IMG/VR virus record: IMGVR_UViG_3300025133_009061
Location: 1 to 64,000 of that record
Strand: one strand, 5' to 3'
DNA length: 64,000 bases
From: a virus
Lineage: Duplodnaviria > Caudoviricetes
A program made the translations under genes and the position numbers. The notes under the pieces were generated by a model. It was given only the letters and a program-made list of their open reading frames with translations. It was not told the DNA's origin and did not search any database. Shown here piece after piece: positions 27,818-35,709 of the stretch. Within the stretch, counting starts at the first letter, position 1, and each line of letters opens with the position of its first letter.

Positions 27818-28485
27818 TCGTCGTATTGTCTTCGGCGTTCGTTTTGGTCAATGTCCGACTTAATTTGATGTTGTCCAGACTGAAGGGACTCCATTCTTTT
27901 TAAAAGGTAATCTCTCTTTTCCCCTTCTTCCATTCTACTCAAGTATTCTAACCCCTTTTCAATAATTCTTGGGTCTACTTGAGACCTCCGAGAGGGAACG
28001 GTTACGACCTGCGCCTTAATAGAAGGGGAGCTTTTCTTTTCTTCTTTTTTAACTTCTTTTTTATCGCGCGGGTAACGGCTTGAGGAAGAGGTCTTTTTAA
28101 CGACAGGTGCTTTTGTCACAATAGTCGGAAGACCGTTAGTTTCAAAGCTTAGGAGTTTGTTGTTACCGTTAGTTTCTATGAGGACAGAATCTTCAAGCAC
28201 CTTCTTAAGTTCTATATTGTATTGTTTTTCGTTTATTCCGAGAGAGACAAATTTATCGGACTCTCCAGCTTTCCTAAGTACGAGATGAACCTTATTAGTA
28301 CCCTTCCATCGAGTGATTCCGGTAAGAAAGACGTTCGGAGCTAAAATTCCGCTGACGGGAGGTAATATTGCAATTGGTTTTTCGCTTGTCAATTCGAAAG
28401 CATTTCTTTTGGCTATGCTTGAGTATGTATTATCGGCCCCATGAAGAGACACCGCAAAAAGGAAAAAGATTACAAGGTTTTTCAT
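27793..28485 (-). CDS. Exported protein resembling GspC/PilP-type envelope proteins
   Basis: Signal peptide MKNLVIFFLFAVSLHGA, then NTYSSIAKRNAF...VFLTGIT...SLGINEKQYNIELKKV...LLSF. An alternative ATG lies at 28491. Confidence 0.45.
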   Translation of the reverse strand: MKNLVIFFLFAVSLHGADNTYSSIAKRNAFELTSEKPIAILPPVSGILAPNVFLTGITRWKGTNKVHLVLRKAGESDKFVSLGINEKQYNIELKKVLEDSVLIETNGNNKLLSFETNGLPTIVTKAPVVKKTSSSSRYPRDKKEVKKEEKKSSPSIKAQVVTVPSRRSQVDPRIIEKGLEYLSRMEEGEKRDYLLKRMESLQSGQHQIKSDIDQNERRRQYDEWRKSRER

Positions 28486-28493
28486 ATACATCT

Positions 28494-28901
28494 TTACACT
28501 TTAAGATCAATTCCCTCGTCCCTTTCTACATTTAAGGAGTAGGCGGTGTTAATTGGGGTGGCGTTCCCTGCCGTTCCTGCTGGTTTTATATCGTTAATTA
28601 AATATCGAGGCCCAGCCCTTAAGTCGAACATTATTCGGTCGTATCGAACTCCAAAATACCTAAGCATTCTTTCTGTATGATCCTTGTGTTTAGCGTCTCT
28701 TGCCGTAGTCAGCACGACGGTGTCCTCCTCGGGCAACTCTTTAAGAAAGCTGACGCTTTTTTCAATTGGGGTTTCGAGTGTATGGCTGTCTTCTCCTAGA
28801 GATCTTATGGCGCTATCTATATCCTTGTTGTAGAGGTGTTTAACGATGGTTCCGTCAATATCGATGAACCAAGTCTTGTTGAGGGATTCTTCTGCTATCA
28901 T
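28494..28901 (-). CDS. HAD-superfamily phosphatase
   Basis: FIDIDGTI (motif I), LTTAR (motif II), RYLINDIKP. Start ATG 28901 overlaps the upstream TGA. Confidence 0.8.
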   Translation of the reverse strand: MIAEESLNKTWFIDIDGTIVKHLYNKDIDSAIRSLGEDSHTLETPIEKSVSFLKELPEEDTVVLTTARDAKHKDHTERMLRYFGVRYDRIMFDLRAGPRYLINDIKPAGTAGNATPINTAYSLNVERDEGIDLKV

Positions 28902-29476
28902 AAATCTTTGTAAAGCTCCAAGCATTTTGGGTCTTTTTTAAGTCGTCCCGATTTTTTGTATGCTTCCTTGCGGAGTTCGAGAGGTAGGCTATGTTTGTTT
29001 CTTGCCCAGTTGGTTATTTTTTGAAAACAGTTTTCTACTCGAACAAAAAATCTATATTTAAAAGAGTGTTTTCGATAGTCGTCGAATATTTCTTGTTCTG
29101 TATCCCACATTTTCTGGACTTCTTCTGATTCTTTCTTGGTGGATTCTAGACGAAAGCTAACAAGTTCTTTTTTATCTACTTTTCCGTTCTTAAAGCTGAA
29201 TTCGCATTCTATCCAGTACTCGTCTTGATCTTTGTTTGTTACGCGGTCGTGAAAGCGAATAGTGGTATTCCTTTTTACTTTCTCCCACTCTTCGAAGGGG
29301 CGAGCTTCCTTTTTCTTTTTGTAAAGATATTGACGGTGGACTTTATAAAGGTCCATTAGATTGTCTAGGTCTTTCGTTTGGAAGCGGTGGCTTTTATCCA
29401 ACAGCTTCTCGTTCTCTTTGTCTAGTAGACTCCGAAGATATCCCTTCGGCACCATTATCTCGTCGAACATTCCCAT
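28898..29476 (-). CDS. Hypothetical protein (MGMFD-type N-terminus)
   Basis: Probable start MGMFDEI at 29476; contains FQTKDLD. Confidence 0.7.
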   Translation of the reverse strand: MGMFDEIMVPKGYLRSLLDKENEKLLDKSHRFQTKDLDNLMDLYKVHRQYLYKKKKEARPFEEWEKVKRNTTIRFHDRVTNKDQDEYWIECEFSFKNGKVDKKELVSFRLESTKKESEEVQKMWDTEQEIFDDYRKHSFKYRFFVRVENCFQKITNWARNKHSLPLELRKEAYKKSGRLKKDPKCLELYKDL

Positions 29477-29666
29477 TTTTTTCCTTGTATGTAACCCCGC
29501 ATCCATCTGCGGAGGTGTTTAAAGTTTCATTTATGATTAAAATTACCTTTTCTGAAAGGGGGTATTCCCTTTTTAGCATTTCGTCAGCTATGGTAAGCGC
29601 TTCGTATTCGTTAGCATTTTCTATTTCAAGGTTGCAGGAACAAGTAATTATGGTTTTTTTACTCAT
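29394..29666 (-). CDS. Hypothetical protein
   Basis: Start is coupled to the upstream stop, but the 3' end overlaps the next gene by about 80 nt, so the C-terminus is doubtful. Confidence 0.5.
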   Translation of the reverse strand: MSKKTIITCSCNLEIENANEYEALTIADEMLKREYPLSEKVILIINETLNTSADGCGVTYKEKNGNVRRDNGAEGISSESTRQREREAVG

Positions 29667-29847
29667 TATCTTTCTTGAGTAAAGTCTCTGTTATGAGGGG
29701 TAGATTAGCTGAGGAAATGATTTCCCGAGCAATCTCAACGGGAACCCCGCGTTTTAAGAGGGTTTGGTGGAGACTGTTTCCCTTGGCAATATATTCTCTT
29801 AACGAAGCCAGTAAAAGAGAAGTGTTGCCTGTTGGGGTATGGCTCAA
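29659..29847 (-). CDS. Hypothetical protein, 62 aa
   Basis: Tightly packed in the minus-strand operon. Confidence 0.65.
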   Translation of the reverse strand: MSHTPTGNTSLLLASLREYIAKGNSLHQTLLKRGVPVEIAREIISSANLPLITETLLKKDNE

Positions 29848-29848
29848 T

Positions 29849-30070
29849 TTAAGCTGGTTCGGCGATAGCTGCCGTTACTTTGGCTTCAAGCACCTTAACC
29901 CTTTCGTTAGCTTCGACGGCTCGGTTAGCTGCTTCTGTCGCCATGGAATCTATTTCTGTGGCGTGAGAAGAGGCTTCTTCAGCGGCATTTCGTGCGTCGT
30001 TAGCTGCATCTTGGGTGGCTGCCGCACAGCGGCGTGAGGACTCTAACATTATTTTAAGATAATTAGACAT
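29849..30070 (-). CDS. Ala-rich coiled-coil (alanine-zipper-like) protein
   Basis: AAATQDAANDARNAAEEA...EAANRAVEANERV heptads. Confidence 0.6.
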   Translation of the reverse strand: MSNYLKIMLESSRRCAAATQDAANDARNAAEEASSHATEIDSMATEAANRAVEANERVKVLEAKVTAAIAEPA

Positions 30071-30089
30071 ACATCATATATTTTATCAG

Positions 30090-30284
30090 TTATTCTCCTT
30101 TTTCAAAAATTTTTTTAAGGTTTTGTAGTTCTTTCAGGAAGTCGGCTGACATTTCTACCTTTATAGCGTCCTCGTCGTCCATTATCGGCATGTCCGTTAT
30201 TATTTTTTTATATTTTTTAATTAAATTGGTTATAGTGCGGTGGGTTTTTCTAGGCTTTTGTCTCTCAAATTCTGATATATTCAT
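30090..30284 (-). CDS. Hypothetical protein, 64 aa
   Basis: Packed in the operon. Confidence 0.65.
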   Translation of the reverse strand: MNISEFERQKPRKTHRTITNLIKKYKKIITDMPIMDDEDAIKVEMSADFLKELQNLKKIFEKGE

Positions 30285-30462
30285 TCTTTTTCTCCATATT
30301 GTTTTTGACTCTACCCATTAGGTTTAAAAGGTCGTCCATTTTTTTAAATTCTCCGTTAAGGACCTTTCCGCGATTGTTTCCCAGTTCTAGAGAAACCTCC
30401 ATGAGCTTGCATACAGCTTGTTTTAACATAAAGGATTCTTCGCTATAGAGGAAGTCTGACAT
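30265..30462 (-). CDS. Hypothetical protein, 65 aa
   Basis: Packed in the operon. Confidence 0.6.
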   Translation of the reverse strand: MSDFLYSEESFMLKQAVCKLMEVSLELGNNRGKVLNGEFKKMDDLLNLMGRVKNNMEKKNEYIRI

Positions 30463-30512
30463 ACTTATCTAAACTCTATTACATTCAGGAAGCTCACCTA
30501 GGGAATTTTTAA

Positions 30513-31295
30513 TTAAAGATTAAAATAATTAGCCTGAAATTTGAGATTTCCGTAAAAAGTATTAAATCCTCGATGCCCCAAAGAAATGTCCGGAAGGACG
30601 GTAATTTCTCCTCCTAAAGACTTCCAAAGCTTGCAGAACCCGTAGTCTTCGCTTTCGTACTTCTTTGTCTCAGGGTTCACTTTGCACTGAAAAATGTCAT
30701 AGAAATTGTCTTCGGCCTCCATGTAGCCATCAATATCGTTAACGTATTTTATTTCGGGTCTAGCTTCGATAATCTTTTCAATACAGGAACGGCTGATCAG
30801 CATGAAGCCCGTGGCAGCGTAGTTGGCTTCTACCGGTTGTCCATTTTTACTCTTAGAGTAGGACTCTCGGGGGAGCTCAGTCGAAAAGTCAGTAGCCAAA
30901 TGTCTCCATTGCTCAGGGAAGTTTCTAGAAGCTCCCATGACTTGCATTTTTTGATGACTCCAATACTTTTTGGGGTAAACTCCAACCACAACTTCCTTCT
31001 GCTGATCCACCAACTTCAAAACGTCATGAGCATCGAAGCTTACGTCCGTATCTACAAAAAGCAGGTGGGTGTATTCTTTAGCTAGCATGAAGGCGACAGA
31101 TGCATTTCTTGCTCTACTTATAAGACTCTCAAACCAAATAGATCTCATGCCGAGGTTAATATTCTTTTGGCGACACAAAAGCAGCAGGTTTATGGTGCTC
31201 ATCATGTAGTCAGAGTGAACCATCCCCGTGTAGCCTATCACAGGGTAGAAGATATTTATTTTTGAGTAATCTAATTGGGGAGACGAGTTATTCAT
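30513..31295 (-). CDS. GT-A fold (GT2-like) glycosyltransferase
   Basis: ESLISRARN, HLLFVDTD (DxD), GVYPKK, ATGFMLISR, SEDYGFC, LGHRG. Confidence 0.8.
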   Translation of the reverse strand: MNNSSPQLDYSKINIFYPVIGYTGMVHSDYMMSTINLLLLCRQKNINLGMRSIWFESLISRARNASVAFMLAKEYTHLLFVDTDVSFDAHDVLKLVDQQKEVVVGVYPKKYWSHQKMQVMGASRNFPEQWRHLATDFSTELPRESYSKSKNGQPVEANYAATGFMLISRSCIEKIIEARPEIKYVNDIDGYMEAEDNFYDIFQCKVNPETKKYESEDYGFCKLWKSLGGEITVLPDISLGHRGFNTFYGNLKFQANYFNL

Positions 31296-31551
31296 TGATA
31301 AGGAGAGCTACTTCAAGAATTCTTTTTTTGTTTATTGGTTTCATTCTTTTGATCTCAAGATTTTTCCCATAAAGACTACCCTCAAAACCAAACAAATGAA
31401 CTTCTACCCCATTTTCAAAGGCACAAATTGCTAGGCCGTGCCCATAGTTTGTTTCACAAAGGTAAACCCCTTTTTCGCATTCAAGCTCCACGTTTGCAGT
31501 GGGAAGGCCCATTAAAGAAGCCTCTCCTTCTCCATGTATCACCCTAGGCAT
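31288..31551 (-). CDS. Minimal riboflavin kinase (flavokinase domain of RibF)
   Basis: RVIHG...MGLPTAN...GVY...VEVHLFGFEGSLYG; PTAN and the catalytic Glu are present. Only 87 aa, lacking the usual C-terminal helix. Confidence 0.75.
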   Translation of the reverse strand: MPRVIHGEGEASLMGLPTANVELECEKGVYLCETNYGHGLAICAFENGVEVHLFGFEGSLYGKNLEIKRMKPINKKRILEVALLINE

Positions 31552-31557
31552 TAAATT

Positions 31558-33492
31558 TTATCTTATGGGGCATGCTCCACCTTCACATTCGAGTCCTTCC
31601 AATACGTGACCGTTCCCAACTTTGGTGGGAGTTACTTTTTTGACGGCCATAGAAAGTTTTTTATAAGTCTCTGCGTCTATCTGTTCGTAAGGAGCCTGAT
31701 CGAATCCATGATCTTGGTGAAGAAGGAACGATACGCTTTTAATGTTGTTTTTATAATTCTTTCGGAGCCACTCTTTTATTTCTTGGAGTTCTTCTTTCTT
31801 ATAGTAGACAGTGCAGGAGACAGCGTTGTCGGACCACTCTTTTTGAATCTTCTTTACTAGATCTAGTTGATCTACCGCTTTCATATCTTTCGCAAGCTTT
31901 GCGCTTTTTCCCGACCGACAGGGGAATTCAACGATCACCGTGTCTCTATTCAATGAGCCATCAAAGTTTTTTACGTATTCGACATGGTAGTTCATCTCTC
32001 TGCAGGTCTGCACAAGCGCATCTTCACTTGACATCCTGACGCGACGAATGTAATACCGCGAATAAGCGGGATGGACTCCGGGGGTCGCTCCCGCTAGCAA
32101 ACTAAGTGTTCCGCTGGGCTTGACCGTGGTTAACTTAATGCTTTCTGGCCAGCCTTGTTTCTTGCTCCATTCTTGATCGTACTTGCGAAGGGCTTTATAG
32201 CACGGGTCGAGCCATTCTAATTTTCCGTTATCGGTAGATTGACAAATACCAGTGATGCCCTGCCCTATCCTAAAATTTTTGTGAACTATTTTATTAGTGT
32301 CTTCGTGAATGAATGGAAGAGCGCAGATTGCTTTTTGAGTTTTATAAAGAAGAGTCGCGCATTCAATCATTTCTTCTTTGGATTCAATATTGTTTAAATA
32401 AAGCTCTGCCAAGTTGCAGCACTCCTTGTCCGCGAGGGAGATTTCTCCGCAAGGGTTGGTGCCTTCGCAGTTTTCTTTGCTTTTTTCCCCGGTTCTTCCA
32501 AACTTGGAACTCAAGTTAAGGTTAAAAAAGCCATAAGGTTCCCCGTTCCCTGCATAACCATCCCAAATACCTTCGGCAATGTGGTCGTAACTGTCACAAT
32601 AGATGGTGTTGTTGCTCATGGCCCTCCAGTTCGGAATGTTACCCAAATCCCATCTTTTAGCCTTGATGTACAGGTAGTCATCTGGGTCCCCCAAGGCTAT
32701 TTCTGCGGAGCGTCTAACGTTTCCAGCCACTACTACAGACCCAATAATATTTGCAATATCTAAAACGTCTAGGCTTCGAAGCTTCTTGCCTTCCCTTTCT
32801 TTTATTACTCCTCCTATCTTATTTATCCCTTCGATTAAGATCTCCGGGCCACTAGCGGTTCCCCCAAACCCTTGAATGGGTTTTCCAGCACTCCGGACGA
32901 GAACAGTTGAGTAACTAAAAGATTCACCTGAGACGAAATAAGAGTCGAGCACTTTGGCTAATAAACGTACCCATCCTTCTCGGCTATCGGGGACAATAAA
33001 GTCGGCATCATTAGTGTTCTGGACAGTTATGTTTACTTCTTTTTTTACGCGAGGAAGTTCATGGATGTCTTCGCGCCTAATGGAGTAACCTACTCCGCCC
33101 CCCAGCATAAGGTTTTCGAAAATGAAACAAAAATCAGTGGGTTTTTTGATAGCGGTGAACCAGCAGTTCAGCAAGCTGTTCCCTCCAAACCTGTCTACGG
33201 TGGAGGTGCCGAGCTGCCATAGTCCTCGGCCAGCAAAATTGCATTTTAAATTAAAAACCAAATCGAATAGTTTTTCAGCTTCCTTTTTTGTGTATCCTGC
33301 GCCGATTTTTTGAGCTCCGTTAATACATCTCGCTATGGTTTCGTACCATTCTTCAAGAGTTCCATTCTCCTTGACGCGAGAATAGGTTCGCTTGTAAACG
33401 ATGTAGCCTAAGCCGTTGAAGCCCCACTTGGGCTGTTTGTTTTTGTACTTCTTGAGAAAGTCGTTAGTGATGATAGTGGTGTCTTGTTTCAT
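31558..33492 (-). CDS. nrdJ: Class II (adenosylcobalamin-dependent) ribonucleotide reductase, monomeric RTPR type
   Basis: LLNCWF, GGGVG, GTNPCGEI, TTVKPSGTLSLL and C-terminal CEGGACPIR; no ATP cone and no beta-subunit gene. Confidence 0.92.
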   Translation of the reverse strand: MKQDTTIITNDFLKKYKNKQPKWGFNGLGYIVYKRTYSRVKENGTLEEWYETIARCINGAQKIGAGYTKKEAEKLFDLVFNLKCNFAGRGLWQLGTSTVDRFGGNSLLNCWFTAIKKPTDFCFIFENLMLGGGVGYSIRREDIHELPRVKKEVNITVQNTNDADFIVPDSREGWVRLLAKVLDSYFVSGESFSYSTVLVRSAGKPIQGFGGTASGPEILIEGINKIGGVIKEREGKKLRSLDVLDIANIIGSVVVAGNVRRSAEIALGDPDDYLYIKAKRWDLGNIPNWRAMSNNTIYCDSYDHIAEGIWDGYAGNGEPYGFFNLNLSSKFGRTGEKSKENCEGTNPCGEISLADKECCNLAELYLNNIESKEEMIECATLLYKTQKAICALPFIHEDTNKIVHKNFRIGQGITGICQSTDNGKLEWLDPCYKALRKYDQEWSKKQGWPESIKLTTVKPSGTLSLLAGATPGVHPAYSRYYIRRVRMSSEDALVQTCREMNYHVEYVKNFDGSLNRDTVIVEFPCRSGKSAKLAKDMKAVDQLDLVKKIQKEWSDNAVSCTVYYKKEELQEIKEWLRKNYKNNIKSVSFLLHQDHGFDQAPYEQIDAETYKKLSMAVKKVTPTKVGNGHVLEGLECEGGACPIR

Positions 33493-33511
33493 TCTGTAAA
33501 TCTGTAGGGAT

Positions 33512-33533
33512 TACGACCTTTACTGAGGTCGTA
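33512..33533 (-). promoter_or_regulatory. Perfect 8-bp hairpin at the 5' end of the nrdJ leader
   Basis: TACGACCT-N6-AGGTCGTA between the promoter and the ATG. Confidence 0.55.
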
Positions 33534-33538
33534 GGAGA

Positions 33539-33567
33539 AGCATAGGGGTTTCGGGGAGAACTGTCAA
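33539..33567 (-). promoter_or_regulatory. Sigma70-like promoter with YCCCC spacer box (nrdJ)
   Basis: TTGACA-GTTCTCCCCGAAACCCC(17)-TATGCT. Confidence 0.8.
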
Positions 33568-33568
33568 G

Positions 33569-33736
33569 CTATTTTTCGATGATTTCTAGTTTCTCGTCCG
33601 TTTTCTTTTGTAGGTTTATTAAATATTTTTTTGCTTCCGTCAACCCTTCTTCGGTGTGAGGGAACGCGCCGTATGACCATTTTCTTTTCTCCGATTCAAT
33701 AAGGTAGTATTTTTTATTTTTTTTGTTTTTTGGCAT
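33569..33736 (-). CDS. Small basic hypothetical protein, 55 aa (not in the ORF track)
   Basis: Manual translation MPKNKKNKKYYLIESEKRKWSYGAFPHTEEGLTEAKKYLINLQKKTDEKLEIIEK fills the gap before the promoter. Confidence 0.7.
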   Translation of the reverse strand: MPKNKKNKKYYLIESEKRKWSYGAFPHTEEGLTEAKKYLINLQKKTDEKLEIIEK

Positions 33737-34043
33737 GTTCCTCGAGCATTTGAGAGATCGTCTCTTCGAGATCTTCTATTTTCTTTTCTAGTAAATCCAG
33801 TTGGTCGTTTTCAAACTTCATTCTTGTCATTAGAATGTTCACCTCTTTAAGGTTTTGGGAACAGGTATCTTCAATGAACTCGTCGGTGGAGTAGCTCCAT
33901 CCTTCTTCCTCTTCGTCCATCTTAGCAAAGAGTTCCTCAGCTCTCTTCTCCCAGAAGTCGACGCTTTGAGCGCTAATTTTGGAGGCTTCTACGACTTCCT
34001 TTTTTTGGTCGAGAAGTTTTTTTAATAAAGTATCAATCTTCAT
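33714..34043 (-). CDS. Hypothetical coiled-coil protein
   Basis: 109 aa, charged and helical, packed in the operon. Confidence 0.7.
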   Translation of the reverse strand: MKIDTLLKKLLDQKKEVVEASKISAQSVDFWEKRAEELFAKMDEEEEGWSYSTDEFIEDTCSQNLKEVNILMTRMKFENDQLDLLEKKIEDLEETISQMLEEHAKKQKK

Positions 34044-34221
34044 TTTCTAAAGTCTCCCTAATTAGTTTAAGTTTATTTGTTACGAAACTTTCCCCCGGAT
34101 TTTTAACGGGGTCTTTACTTTTAAGTTTCGCGTCTTGCCAGATAGACGTATCTATTACCTGATTGAGCAGCGTAAGTATCTGCTTGTAAGTAGTATGCGT
34201 GATGACTCTGTCCTCGCTCAT
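34033..34221 (-). CDS. Hypothetical protein, 62 aa
   Basis: Packed in the operon. Confidence 0.65.
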   Translation of the reverse strand: MSEDRVITHTTYKQILTLLNQVIDTSIWQDAKLKSKDPVKNPGESFVTNKLKLIRETLENED

Positions 34222-34232
34222 TTGAAAATATC

Positions 34233-34427
34233 CTACTTCAAAAGTAAAAAATTGTCAAACTCAATTTCGTCCCAAGTCGTTGCCTTGGAAGACTTTCGGT
34301 GTTGGGAATAGCATACAGCCAGACGCTGTTTGGGGTCTTTGTACTCTTGGTTCATGGTGGGGCTGGCCATGCAAGAATTAATGAAGTCTTCTTTTTTCTG
34401 GTCTTTTCGAGGAGATGGAAGCGGCAT
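34233..34427 (-). CDS. Small two-Cys phage domain protein (MPLP...FI.SCM...QRLAVCY)
   Basis: Motif recalled from phage head-associated proteins; has its own GTGTAATTAT motif. Confidence 0.7.
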   Translation of the reverse strand: MPLPSPRKDQKKEDFINSCMASPTMNQEYKDPKQRLAVCYSQHRKSSKATTWDEIEFDNFLLLK

Positions 34428-34431
34428 ACCT

Positions 34432-34441
34432 ATAATTACAC
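34432..34441 (-). promoter_or_regulatory. GTGTAAT-class phage promoter motif
   Basis: GTGTAATTAT-AGGT-ATG, directly after the hsp20 terminator. Confidence 0.75.
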
Positions 34442-34469
34442 AAAAAAAACCGGGCCGAAGCCCGGTTTT
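34442..34469 (-). terminator. Intrinsic terminator with C(UUCG)G loop after hsp20
   Basis: Minus strand AAAACCGGGC-TTCG-GCCCGG followed by T8. Confidence 0.9.
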
Positions 34470-34481
34470 CAGAAAACCCTT

Positions 34482-34838
34482 TTATTTTATTTTTATTTCT
34501 TTGGGTTTGTGTTTGTTTTTTTGTTTAAACGTTAACCGAAAGACCCCATTCTTCAATGAGGCGTCCGCTGAGGACAGGTCGGCTTTTTCTGGGACCTCGT
34601 AAGCTTGTCCAAACTTAACTTCTTTGCCCCTTTTTGTGGTTTTTCCTTCCAAGTTGAGGTGTCCGTGCTGATCTAATCGGACTTTGACGTCCTCCTTAGA
34701 AAAACCGGGCATTTCTACCTCAAATACGTAATCTCCATCTTCTTCTGCGAAAACGGGATCAAAAGTCTTTTCTATCTCTGTGAATAACGGCGTTGCGAAA
34801 TCAAGCAAGCCCCTGCCAAAAGTATTATGTAAATACAT
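34482..34838 (-). CDS. Small heat-shock protein Hsp20
   Basis: VEMPGFSKEDVKV and ASLKNGVFRLTF alpha-crystallin motifs. Confidence 0.92.
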   Translation of the reverse strand: MYLHNTFGRGLLDFATPLFTEIEKTFDPVFAEEDGDYVFEVEMPGFSKEDVKVRLDQHGHLNLEGKTTKRGKEVKFGQAYEVPEKADLSSADASLKNGVFRLTFKQKNKHKPKEIKIK

Positions 34839-34849
34839 AACGTTCTTTT

Positions 34850-34865
34850 AGCAAGGGCTGTGCCA
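34850..34865 (-). promoter_or_regulatory. Sigma54 (-24/-12) promoter of hsp20
   Basis: TGGCAC-AGCCC-TTGCT gives an exact GG-N10-GC spacing, ending 11 nt before the ATG. Confidence 0.8.
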
Positions 34866-35001
34866 TAGTGTCTCTTTGTACTAACTTCAGCCTCTAGCGA
34901 GGAGAGAATACCCCCTATTTCATTGGCCGAAGTGTGCCTTTTGCTCTCGCATGATTCTTAGATGAGGAAGGCTAACCTCTCCTTTTGTGAATCTGTTTTT
35001 C

Positions 35002-35017
35002 GTGACCGGTGGGTCAC
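35002..35017. promoter_or_regulatory. Palindrome GTGACC-N4-GGTCAC, candidate enhancer (UAS) for the sigma54 promoter
   Basis: Perfect 6-bp inverted repeat about 140 bp upstream of the -24 box. It overlaps a stop codon, so it could instead be an RNA hairpin. Confidence 0.35.
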
Positions 35018-35229
35018 AAAGTCTCGTAAGATAGGGACCGTATGTCGTACATTGAAATCTTTTCCGTAACGGATGGGTTGTCAAAGCGCGAAATTAAAAA
35101 GTATTCTTCGTCTATAACCTTTTCTACCTTTCCCCTCCATCCTCCGTTTTTAATGACATGAACATCAGCTCCTATCATCTTGACGTTGTGGGACATTATC
35201 TCTGCGTAAGCGGGGTTTTTTTGCTGCAT
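35014..35229 (-). CDS. Hypothetical small beta-barrel (SH3/KOW-like) protein
   Basis: IGADVHVIKNGGWRGKVEKVID pattern. Confidence 0.55.
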   Translation of the reverse strand: MQQKNPAYAEIMSHNVKMIGADVHVIKNGGWRGKVEKVIDEEYFLISRFDNPSVTEKISMYDIRSLSYETL

Positions 35230-35235
35230 TGTATA

Positions 35236-35709
35236 TTATTGTCCGGAGCTTCCGAATCCTTGCTCTCCCCGTGAAGACTCTTCTAGTGTTTTCATAGATT
35301 TCCACTCAACAGTATGACATTTCTCAATAATCAGTTGAGCTATTCTGTCGCCCGGTTTTATTTCCGTTCTGTTCGCTGATCCAAACATTGCTTCAAAAGC
35401 ATTAGGTTTTAAATTATAACCCTCGAAGTTCAAGTTTATCAATAAAACTTTTACTTCGCCTCGATAACCGGAATCTATTACCCCGGCCATCACGTCTATA
35501 CCTTTCTTACACGCTAAACCGCTCCGTGGGGCCACTCTCCCGTAAAAACCTTCGGGAATTTCCACGTTGATTCCTGTTGAAATCAGCTTTCGCTGAAAGG
35601 GTTCGAGAGTGACGTATTCTCTGGAGAAAAGGTCATATCCTGCGTCAGATGCGTTTGCCCTGAAGGGTTCTTTTCCTTCCGGATTTAGTTTTGAGTATTT
35701 AATTTCCAT
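35236..35709 (-). CDS. dut: Trimeric dUTPase
   Basis: AGYDL, PRSGLA, GVIDSGYRGE, GDRIAQL, RGEQGFGSSG; insertion of about 12 aa before motif 4. Confidence 0.97.
   Translation of the reverse strand: MEIKYSKLNPEGKEPFRANASDAGYDLFSREYVTLEPFQRKLISTGINVEIPEGFYGRVAPRSGLACKKGIDVMAGVIDSGYRGEVKVLLINLNFEGYNLKPNAFEAMFGSANRTEIKPGDRIAQLIIEKCHTVEWKSMKTLEESSRGEQGFGSSGQ

Noticed and set aside
28491-28500. Another AGTGTAA motif on the minus strand
   Set aside because: It is formed by the last codons and stop (AAA GTG TAA) of the HAD gene and lacks the TAT tail, so it may be chance. It was not counted.
33493-33540. Cobalamin riboswitch or NrdR box before nrdJ
   Set aside because: The leader is only about 40 nt with a single hairpin; no B12-box or NrdR palindrome was recognised.
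34866-35013. tRNA or small gene upstream of hsp20
   Set aside because: No cloverleaf or T-loop consensus, and only very short ORFs. It is better explained as sigma54 upstream DNA.
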